Source: Piromyces finnis finn (Eukaryota; Fungi; Neocallimastigomycota). From it: DNA of 64,000 nt. The stretch lies in the NCBI GenBank assembly GCA_002104945.1, contig MCFH01000008.1:248001-312000 (forward strand), read 5' to 3'. The notes beneath the pieces were generated by a model. The model had not been told where the DNA came from. It saw only the letters and a program-made list of their open reading frames with translations, and did no database searches. Position 1 is the stretch's first letter, and every line of letters starts with the position of its first letter. Shown here piece after piece: positions 52,791 through 64,000 of this stretch. A program made the position numbers and the translations under genes.

Positions 52791-55700
52791 TTACAAGAGA
52801 CGACCATTCTTAAATCTATTTCTATTAATTTCTAAATTAGTCCATTTTAACCAGACATCATGAGAATTAATCGTAAATTTAATGTGAGATGGAAAAGTTG
52901 AAAAATCCGTATGACTTAATAAAATAGTATTGATAACATCTTCTTTTTCACTTTCTTCATCCCTATTTCTATACTTTGTGTTGGAAGAGTGGGATTGGGT
53001 GTCACTACTATTTTCATCCTCTTCCTCACATGGATTTGGATCCTCCTTTAAATGAATGTCGGTGAAACCACAATTTAATGCAGATTTGATTAGACGGCGT
53101 TTTTCTCTATTTAACTTAAATTGATGATCGACAAATGAACAAAAATGATTTTTTGTATTGCATCTACAACCACAGATTTCTTTTTCTACATTAGTTTTTG
53201 TTTTAGTATTGTGTTCTAGGGTAGATGAATCTTTCCCGCTATCTAACGAATAGCTAATTTCAACAATATCATTAGAATGATGAGAATGCTTGGTATCAAT
53301 GGAGGTGGAAGAATTTAATTTTTGTGAAACAGAAGTTTTTTCCCTTGATTCGCTCCCTACTTTAACTTCTGATGAGGGTAATGCTGAACAATCATCATCA
53401 AGTTCAATACCATGGACATCCATGATCAAAGAAGAGTGGGTATGTAAATCATCACAATCACTTACTGTGAAATTGCTTGATAACGAAGATGAAGGAATAA
53501 TTTGTGAACTTGGTGAAGTAGAAAGTTGGTATGGAATATTATCTACATTGGAAAGAGAGATAGAAGAGGTGGTGGTTTTATGAGAATGAATTAAAGATGA
53601 AACAGAAGATGACATTTGAAGAATTGATGGAATATTGGATGGAGATATAGAAACAGAATAGTCTATGTCATCAACAGATGAATTACCACTAATACTTGTA
53701 CTTGTGGGTGAGCGTTGTTGAGGGGTCGAGGGTGTTACACTAGATTGTATAAGACTTTCCGTAAGATAAGATTTTTTCGGTGATGCCATTAAAACGTCAT
53801 CTTTTTTAATGCTGTCTAAAACATCTTCTTCTTCTCTATCTTCATTGTCATTGACATCAGAATCAGAATCTTCAACAAAGAAATTTAAGCTCTTATAACT
53901 TGAATTTAAATCTTTTACCGATTCTGGACAATTAATTAGGAATAATGACGATGTGACAGAAGTAATACAAGTAGTTGTATTTTTAGACGTTATTACATAA
54001 TCAACATATTTCTTTTCTTTTTTTTCTGGTACAGAATGACCAAGATGATTAGGTTTATCTTCATGTAACAAGGATGATTCATCATTTATGATACAATCAG
54101 CATTTGATGATGAATTTTCCGATGATTCCGATGGAGATGGTGATGATGATGATGATGATGATGATAATGTCTTGTTTGGGTTTTCTTTAATATGAGATAG
54201 TAAAGATATATAGGAGAATTTTTCTTGATAGGTAGAAGTATTTGAGATTTTTGGTTGATCTTTATCACAGGAAGTGGGATTATCCTCAGTAGAGGTTGTT
54301 GGAGAAAGATTGTGATGGGTATTAGAAGAAGAAGAAGAAGAAGAAGAAGAAGAAGGTGAAGGTGAAGGTGTTTCTTTTGTCTTTTTATTTATATTTGATT
54401 TTGAATTATTCGATAGGTATAAACTAGCCAATGATGGCCAGGAAGTAGAGAGTTCATTATTTTCATCTTTTGAAGAAGAATGATTAATAGACTTTGTCTT
54501 TTCATTTCCTGTTGAAATGGAATTTGAATTATTTACAGATGAAGCATTTTTTGACTTGTTAAAATGTTTATTATTCTTCTTTTTCTTATTCGTGCTACTT
54601 GAGAATATAGAATTAGAAGAATGATCAATGTAATCGTCAATTGAAATTGTGCTCGGTTCACAATGAGAAGATTTTGACGAACTTTTATTATATTTAGAAG
54701 TATTATTTCTATTATACTTGTGCTTTTTATGACGTTTTGATGAAGAAAAAGTACTACTGTTATTATTACTGTTATTGTAGTTAGAACAATTATTACCATT
54801 ATTTTCATTTTCATTACTCATTGCTTTTTTGTTCTTACGAATTTCAGCCATTTTCTTATAGAAGGATGGAGGAGGTGTTGGGAGTTCAGCTGCAATAATA
54901 ATTTCAACATCATCTTCTTCACTATCCTCTTCTTCCTCACAAATTGAATTATCAATAACAATGTCAAGATCGCTTTCTTCACTACAAATATCACTCACAT
55001 CACTATTATATAAACTAGATAAAATAGTATTGTCATTTTCAATATGTTTACCAAACGTAGAATCAATTTCTTTTAAATTTTGATAGTGTTCTTCATCATA
55101 ACTCATTAATGAGGCATAAATATCTTGAGAAATATCAGATGATATTTTATTTTCATTACTATCCGAATTTATATAGGTATCATCACTAATGCCGTAATTT
55201 GATTTTGTAGAATTTCTTTCATCACTATCTTTTTCTTTGCTATAGAATAGGTTTACATCTAATAAATCATCTCCACTATAATTCATACAATTTGTTTTAT
55301 TTAAATTTAAAATAAAGGATTTTTCATTTAATATCGAAGAATTATTAACGATGTCATGATTGATTGCATTATTACAAAGACTATCCTTTAAATCATCATT
55401 TAAATTTTGGTTGTTAATATCAAAAAGTTGATGAGGAATATATTCGGATTCACTGTTTAAACTATCAAAATTAGTGGTAGTATATTCATCAATCGGAAAT
55501 ATATCATGTTTACTCTCAGCTTCGGTATCATCATTCGTTGAAGAAAGTAATGTTATTGCTGATAATTGATCATCTGAGACATAAGTTCCATCTGATAAGT
55601 TTTCAAAATTATATGTTGCTATTTGATTGTCTAAACAATGAAAAAAATCGATATTTTGTTTATTTATCACATATATTTTATAAATTATAATATATTTTGT

Positions 55701-56270
55701 TAAAAAAAAAAATTTGTTAACAACAATATAAAATTATATAGTTTTTTGAAATTTTATAAATAAATAATAAAAAATTGTATTATACTATTCACATACCATT
55801 AATCTTAAATTTACTAATATATAAATATGATTTTATTTCAAATAAATATTTTAATAATTAAAAGTATTAGATTTATTTTTTTATATTTATAAAAAAACTA
55901 AGTATAGAAAGAAAGATAATTACCTTGAACACTCGTATATATTTACAAGTGGCTTTTTATTTAAAAAGATATTACCCTTGATATAACTTGTTAATAATAG
56001 ATCTTTTCCTTCAAGAAAATCATTATTTATTAATTCGGTCCTGTTTTTTTTTATTTTATTTTTTTTTAAACACACAGATATATTTATTATATATTAATAA
56101 AAATGTTAAGGATAAACTTTAGTAAATATTATAACATAAAAACATCTTGTATATTTTGTATATAAGCATAATTCATATATAATATATAATCTAATTAATA
56201 ATTACTTGAGGTTATAAGTGGTTTCTTTTTCTAAAGTACTTGAATTCCATTGTTCTTTTTCCATTTTCAT
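52791..56270 (-). CDS. Hypothetical protein, mostly Ser/Asp/Glu/Asn low-complexity (~1000 aa, 4 exons)
   Basis: Exons 56270-56206, 56040-55924, 55813-55797 (17-nt microexon) and 55630-52791 join in frame at GT-AG sites (MKMEKEQWNSS...NIYECSSKFKINDNQIATY...). No recognisable domain. Confidence 0.65.
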
Positions 56271-58239
56271 TAAATTAATTTATAAATGAGTAAATGAGAA
56301 GAATATAAGTAATAGGAATAAAAAATTAATTCAAAATTGATTCGAATTAATTTTATATATTAATTAATAAAAAAAGAAAAAGGAAAGCTTTAAAAAGTCT
56401 TTTTCTTTTTTTTATTTATTATTTAATCTTCTTTATATATCTAATTCTAAAATTTTTGATTATAATTAGATATATAAAATGCAAGAATAATTGATGGTGG
56501 TTTACTAATACACTAATATTTATTTTTTTATAAAATAATTGAATACGATTGAACTAGATTTACTAGTCTTATGAAACTTTTATGTTAATTCTTTGTTAAA
56601 TATTTATATATTATCTTTTTTTTTTTTCTAAAAGAAAATAACTTTAATTTTTTTTTAAAGATTATTACTAAACTATTAATTAAATACTTGATAATATTAT
56701 TTCTACAAGTTTTTTTTTTTTTTTCTAGTAAGAAACTAGTAGATTAGATTTATAAAAAGGTGAAAATTAAGATTTTATAATTAAAAAGATACTTTTAAAA
56801 TATGAAGTTAAATTAATAAAATTTCGAAAACTTTTAATATCAATATCAATAGATTAATATTAATTTATTAAAAAATGTTTTTTTTTTTTTTGGTTATTAT
56901 TTTTTGTTGTTGCTTATTTATCCGTTTGTTTGTTTGTTTGTTTGTTATTTTGTGTTTTTTATTTTATTATCGGCTTTATTAAATAATATATATGATTTAA
57001 TTTGGTATACTGATTATTTATGATTAATGAAAAAGATAAATGTGGAATATTTAGAATATTTAGGTAAAATGCTTTAGTTGAAAATGTTTATTATAATAAT
57101 TAGGCTTTTATATATTCGATACTTTATAAAAAAAAAAAGAATTAATAAATAGGATTAAGTGGTAAGAACTATTAAAAAATATACAATTTTCTATATATAA
57201 AAAAAATAAAGAAAAGAAAAAAAAAAAGTAAAAAAATTATATATAAAAAAAAAAAAAATTAATATATATAAAGTAAATTATTTCTAATTCTATTTCTTAA
57301 TAATTATTCAAAAAGACTTTAATTAATAAAAAAAATTTTTTTTTTTTTTTCAACAGTCACTATTCATTCCAAAAAAAAAATATATATATATATTATATAT
57401 TATATATTATAACTATGCCATGCCATGAAAAAAAATATAAAATAGCAACACATACTCTACAATGCCATCATATATCATAGTTAATAGGCTTATTAAAAAA
57501 GAAAGAAATAGTTATCATGAAATAAGACGTTGCCTTACTATTTAAAAAGTGACAGGACCGCATACTTCATCTCTTTAGTAATAATAATAATAAAAAGTAA
57601 AGATCATAAATTCATTTGTGATTGAATCTATATAAAATATATTTTATTCATAATATATTGTAAATTAATTGGTAATGTATATTATATATAGTATTGATTA
57701 TAAATATTATTATTAAAAAAAACTTTATAAATGTATAAAATGTTAAAAAAGAAAATTAAAAAAGTTAAATATTAGTATATTGTAATATATAGCAAATTAT
57801 ATTGGTTATATATTACAAACTTATTGATCCTATTTGTACAATATTAAATTTATATATTAGCAATAGAGATTTAATAAATGTAGACTTTGCAACCACAAAC
57901 AATTTAATAATTATTAAAGTTACACAGTTTTTACTGCATATATAATTAATATATTATTAATTTAATTTATCAATATATTGATTTATTAAAAAAAACTCTA
58001 TACATGATAATAATATATTAAAATTGAATGGAATAGGGTTTTAAAAGATATGGGAAATTTAGCCAAGATAAATCACACCATATCTAATCCTTGATAAGCC
58101 AAAAATTCTGGCTAAATGAAGCATCAATAATTAAACACCTTCAATGCCTGGACTCTTAGTTGTTATTGCCTAAATCAAAAGTAATATTACGGTTGAGATA
58201 TAAAATTATTATTATCAGGATTACTACTATGATTACTAT

Positions 58240-58426
58240 GATTACGATGCTTATTATTATTAATTATTAAATACTACAATTACTATGGTTATTATTATTA
58301 ATAGTAGTAGTAATAATAGTAGTGGTAGTATAATTGCTATTACAATTACTATTACATCTATTTCTAGAGTTACTATTATTGTTACGTTCATTATTATTTA
58401 TATTATTATTATTATTATGTTTATTA

Positions 58427-58463
<37 letters not shown>

Positions 58464-58470
58464 GATTATA
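58240..58470. repeat. Degenerate TAT/TAG/TAC trinucleotide low-complexity tract
   Basis: Directly visible in the sequence. Confidence 0.75.
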
Positions 58471-61147
58471 TATAAATATATATAATTATTTAATAGTCAT
58501 AAAAATACTGCTTTATTAAACAAAAAATGGTCATTACAATAGTATTTCATAATATTATATATATATATATATATTAATTTTCACCTCTTTTTTTATTAAT
58601 ATATAGTTATTATTTATTATTAAAAAAAAAACCAATGTTAATAATTTCATTGATAGTAATATGAAATTACTTTGTGAAATCATAGAGGATAGCTTAAAAA
58701 TAAAAATTACTAATGATTGACGATGTAATAATCAAATCTATAAAATATGCTTATATTATATAATTTTAAAAAGTAAAGATATAAAGTTTTTTATTTTGAC
58801 AATTTTTATATCGATTTAACAGGGTATATTTTTCATATCTATGATATATCTATGAGCTATAATATAAAATATAATAGAATCATATAGCACTATACAAATA
58901 CAAATATCAAAACGCCATTTAAAAATAAAGTTTTTTTTTTTGATAAAATCATCATCTTGGAATCTATCTATTTAATTGAAATAAATAATGCTATTTTTAA
59001 AAATATCTTTTATTATTATAGTTCTGAAGGTAAAAAAAATTAAAATCAACTTTATAATTTAAAAAAAATAGTAACATTCCATCCAGTTTTAATTTCTGTA
59101 TTTTATATAATTTCAAAAATATTTAATTTAAAAAATTATAATATTTTAATTGAAACTTTAAAAATTATAAAATTTGCTGTATCCAAATTTTTTTAAAAAA
59201 ATTTTCCAAAATTTTAAAACTTAATGGGTGGAGTGATGTGGTTTTTAATGAGAAAAAGAGCAGTGACCACCCTTGACATATCAATATCAATGAAATATTA
59301 CAATATTACAATATTTTCTTTTTAATTATTAAGTATTACTATTTTCATACAATTAAAAGATTTTGATTTTATATGGAGATGGATATAATAATGTAATAAT
59401 ATTATAATATAATCTCTATTAGTAAACCTAATTGTTATATTCGTAAAATAATGGTATTGTCAAAAAGAAATATATTATATATATATATTATAACGTTGAG
59501 TTGATCGTATGGATTAGTATATTAACATGTTATTTAAATTGCTTAATCATTTTTAATCATTGTCTTTAAAAAATATTTTTTATTAAACTTTATAAAGTTA
59601 TTTATATATGATAACTATTTTAAATTTAAAAAAGAAAAACACTAAATGATATGCAAATATAAATATATAATATATAATATATATATATTTTTAATTTGTT
59701 TAAAAATAGTTTCGTCAAAAAATGAGTTAACTTTATATTAATTATTGTTTTTTTTTTTTTTTTTTTTTTTTTTAATAAAAAGTATTATGAATATGAATTA
59801 AAGTTGTTATTTTGTTTGTTTGTTATATAATTATTGTTCAATAGCTCATTATAGTTCTATTTGCATAAAATAAATATAACAAACATTGTATTAAATACAA
59901 CTAGATTATAATGCATACAAAGTTCAAAATAAGAATAATTGTAATAAACCATTTAATGATGGATGCAAACTTTATATGAAATTGAAATAACATCTTTATT
60001 ATTTTCCCAAAAAAATGAATCTATCTATATTAAACTAATATTATACTATTATGAATAATAATAAAATAAAATTACTTTTATATATATTTATAGTTAATCA
60101 ATAATGGTTTATTTTACTTTCACTGATATTCTTTTTAATAATACAAAAGAGTTAATAAGTTATATACAAAGTAAACTTGTAGTCTATAAGCTTTCTATAA
60201 ACTGCATCATCCTAATTTCTTCTCAACACCATTAATGTTGAACATTCTTTTATTCTATTTATAAATAATACATTATTTTGTTTACATTAATTAAATGTAT
60301 TACATTAAGCATTTAACAATTATTAAATTAAAATTGTTAATTGTTATATAATTAACAATTATAATTTATCATTATTTTATTATTATATCTTATTGGAAAT
60401 ATATTATTCACACAATAATCCTTATACAATAATATCACGATCCTTCATTACTACTGTTATCATTACCATCCCCAAATAAAAATCTCTTTCTTTATTTCTT
60501 TCTTCCTATTCTCCTCTTCTTACTATTTGACATTTTTTTTAAAAAAAAATTTAAAAAATGGTTTTGAATGCTGATTGGTTGGAATATTCAATTTTCTATA
60601 AAAGAAAATAAAATTTTATATAAAAATCTTATTTTCTAATATATCGTATTATATTCTAATATATGATGTATTGTAACACTAAAATTGATCATTTTCTATA
60701 AACGACCTAAATTAAAAATATTTAAAATTTGAAATTTAAATATTAATTAAAGAGATAGTAGTTCGTAGTAGTTAATTTACATTTCAAAGAGGATAATTTG
60801 GGTAATTTTAATTATTTCAAAAGCTTATAAAGGATTACCTCGAAATATTCCTATATAATCAATTCAATACTATAAAAAAGAAAACCTAAAATTCCTATTT
60901 TTAAAATTTATTATTTTTTTAAAAAAAATAAAACCTAACCCATTGATTCATTAAGATAAAAAATTTTAATAAAACAAACCATTGATTAAAATTTTTTACC
61001 TTTTTTTTTTTTAATTTATAAAAACTAAAATAATAAAAAAAAAAAAAAAAAAGAAATTTAGTAATATAATAATAATAATAATAAATATTAAAGACACATC
61101 TTTGTTAAAAAAAAAAAAAAAAGAAATTCAATAATAATACAAATAAA

Positions 61148-61942
61148 ATGTCTTTATTAAATATTACTAAATCTAATACTACTAGCTTAATAAAATCTAG
61201 CAGTAGAATAATATTACCAAAATGTTTTCAATTAGGCAATTCTTTAAGTTTAAAAACTCCATTAGCTCTTCAAATTAATAATTTCTCTTCCACTTCACTT
61301 TCAAAGGCTTCAACCTACGACTATTCAAAGCATTCTAATGAAACAAACCAACTTCTCGGATATAATAAAGTTGCTCAATTAAAAGATTCTGATAACAAAA
61401 ATACTTTAGAATTCGTTAAAAAAGCTTGGAAAGAATATATAAATGGAGGAGGTTTTGATACTTTAAATTTCAAAAATTTAGAAATTGTTGAAGAAGAATC
61501 AAATCATCCAGGAAAAGTCACAATGAAATTTGTTGTTCAAAAGGTATATAGAAAAATATATATATTCATTATTATTAATAATATTACATATTTTTACAAC
61601 TGTACATAATTGTTAATAATATATTAATAAATTAATATATGAAATATTATAATATAGGAACAAACAAATCGTCATGGTGGTTTACATGGTGGTTTTATAT
61701 CTTCTTTAATTGATGTTGTTGGTTCTTTATCAGTAACTTCATTTGGTGAAAAGTACTCTAAACATGTTTCAGCTGATATTAATGTATCCTTTATGAGAGG
61801 TGCTAAAGTAGGCGATGAAATTTTTGTTGAAGCTAGATGTGAAAAACTTGGACGTTCTTTAGCTTTTACTGTTGTTGAATTATATAACGGAAAAACTAAG
61901 AATATCATTGCTGAAGGAAGACACACTAAATTCATAAAATAA
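61148..61942 (+). CDS. ACOT13: Hotdog-fold acyl-CoA thioesterase, ACOT13/THEM2 (PaaI-like), with an N-terminal organelle-targeting-like extension
   Basis: Exons 61148-61543 and 61658-61942. GKVTMKFVVQKEQTNRHGGLHGGFISSLIDVVGS...HVSADINVSFMRGAKVGDEIFVEARCEKLGRSLAFTVVEL...IAEGRHTKF matches the THEM2 HGG...D catalytic motif. Confidence 0.85.
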
Positions 61943-62661
61943 TTTATGATAGAAAAAAAAAATAGATGTCTTAAAAAAAAAAGGGAAAGATAAAAAAAAA
62001 AAAAAGCATAATATACATTACTATTTATATAATTATAACATTAAATTAATTTTAATTAGAAATTTTAAATTAATTGACAATAGAATAATTTTATCATACA
62101 TTATATCTAATTTATTTTAATATATTTATTAAAAACATAATAAATAATGAAATGAAAAAAAACTTTTTTTTTTTTTTTTGTATTCATTATATCCATAATA
62201 ATAAAATATTTATTATTATGGGAAGAGATAATCTCGAAAAATGAAAATAATAAAAAATCACTATCTATTAAAAATGTAATTTAAAAATTATCAACCTAAC
62301 CCATAATGAGAAAATAATAAACATTAAAATTAAATAATAATAAAAAAAAAAGAATGAAATAAACCAGAAATTGTGGTGTATGTAACAGAAATTTCGGCAA
62401 ATTTTTAGGCAAAAAAAAAATAAAAAAAGTATAAAAAATACTTTTAGTCTTTACCAATCATTTAAAAATATATTATATGTAATTGTAATAAATTCATATA
62501 GAATTTATTATTAAGAAATGTACATTTTAATACATTAATTCATTTTTGTAATTGTTTTTTTTTTTTTTTTTACATAATATTATTAATTAAAAAAAAACTT
62601 TTTTTTTTTTTTCCTTTATTCAAAACAATTTCTTTTTTGAGATCTAATCTTTTATAATAAA

Positions 62662-63150
62662 ATGTACGGTGCTCCACAAGCAGTTCAACGCCCACAACAA
62701 ATTTCTTACATCTGTGGTGGTATGTATACTTATTATCTTAATCTTTTGTAATATTTTAAATTAAATAATTTAAAAAAAAAAAAAAGAAATATAAGAATTT
62801 TTTTTCTTTAGAAATTTAAATGTATAAATGATTTTGAAATTAACAAATTATGATTTATATATATGTGTAAATATATAAAAGATTGTGGTGTCGAAAACGA
62901 TATTCGTCCAAAGGAACCAATTAGATGCAAGGAATGTGGTTATAGAATCATGTACAAAAAGAGAACCAAGAGAAGTAAGTTTTATATAATATATATTATA
63001 TTTAATAATTGATTATTACATTAATAAAATTAAACAATTCTAAATTTTTTCTTTATATATTTAATATTGTTAAAATTTTTTTTAAAAAAAAAATAATGAT
63101 GTATTTAACATATATATATATAAAAAGTGGTTCAATTTGAAGCTCGTTAA
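62662..63150 (+). CDS. RPB12: RNA polymerase I/II/III shared subunit RPABC4
   Basis: Exons 62662-62719, 62882-62974 and 63128-63150 give ...[42 protein letters not shown], the canonical Rpb12 zinc ribbon and C-terminus. Confidence 0.97.
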
Positions 63151-63547
63151 TTTATTTTTTTAAAGAATGCTATTAATCTATTAATATAAAACACAATCAT
63201 AAGGAGAATTTCTAAAAGAAAAAAAAAAAAAAAAGAAAATTTCTTATCAAAAATATATGTACATATTTAAAGAATATTCAAAAACAAATTATACTCTATA
63301 TTTATTAACTTTTATTTAATGTCGTAGAAATTAAATTTTCCTTAATTAATTTATCCAAATAATAATAAAAATGAAATAAAATAAAAAAATTATTTTACTT
63401 AGATTCAAAAATGTTTTAACATTCAACAATTAAAAATTATACAAATTTTTAACTATAGAAATATAAATAATTATTAATAAAATATTTTTTAAATAAAAAT
63501 AAAGCCTTATGTCTTCTTTTATTTTTTATTATTTTGTTTGTTTGTTT

Positions 63548-63658
63548 GTTGTCCGTGATGGACATTGATATAGTTTACATAATTTTTTAGTAAAAAAATC
63601 TTTAAAAATAAAATATACAGTGCTGGTTTAACGGCGGTGGTGGTAATAGATCAAAGAC
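63548..63658 (+). CDS. Possible first two short exons of a gene continuing beyond the window
   Basis: ATG GAC ATT GAT ATA|GT, then a strong acceptor TACAG and donor GTAAGC around the GC-rich 63621-63658. Would read MDIDICWFNGGGGNRSK. No homology recognised. Confidence 0.3.
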
Positions 63659-64000
63659 GTAAGCTTTAAAATGTTTGTTATTATTGTATATAGTAATAGT
63701 ATTAAATGTACAATTTTCAATAATGTATACATTGATGATACGTAATAAACATAATATGTAATGTTAATTATTAAAGATGCTTTTTAGTATAAAATATTTT
63801 TTCTTAAATTTAATTGGATAATTTTCAAAAAAAAAAAAATATAGTAAACTATATTAGAAATATATTAAATTCAATTTAATTATTATAAATCAATATATTC
63901 AATATATTATTATTTTGAATAATAATATTTAATTATTGTAATATTTTTTTTTTTTTTTCACGCACTTCTATTACCAACATATAAATAAATTTAATTGTTT

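Noticed and set aside
58020-58200. Possible second LINE fossil (IEWNRVLK resembling ILKWNRLK)
   Set aside because: Similarity is short and block spacing does not match the intact element. It would need TBLASTN support.
61672-61935. Minus-strand 87-aa ORF
   Set aside because: Antisense to exon 2 of the thioesterase.

Overview
This is very AT-rich, intron-containing eukaryotic DNA. Composition, long poly(A/T) introns, beta-helix/EGF/7TM receptor genes and an organelle-presequence thioesterase suggest an anaerobic gut fungus (Neocallimastigomycota); this is an inference. Genes, left to right: an RBMS/MSSP-like 2xRRM gene (+); SEC20 (-); two tandem beta-helix/EGF/class-C-GPCR-like receptor genes (-); three tandem ABCB/MDR1-type exporters (+), with an apparently intact single-ORF APE-RT non-LTR retrotransposon between copies 1 and 2; a Crz1-like C2H2 factor (+); a large low-complexity orphan (-); an ACOT13-like thioesterase (+); RPB12 (+). 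Three observations stand out. (1) A ~250-bp poly(A)-tailed insertion with a target-site duplication (17406-17655) is highly structured and non-coding. It shares one 44-nt motif, with a compensatory base-pair change, with the 3' end of the LINE ORF, suggesting a LINE / short non-autonomous partner system with an RNA recognition signal. (2) The three ABCB paralogs carry 0, 3 and 6 introns in a nested, 5'-restricted pattern, plus gene-conversion tracts over the NBDs and linker, next to an intact reverse transcriptase. (3) Tandem structured ~124-bp monomers lie at the LINE 5' end. All exon boundaries and RNA folds were derived by eye.
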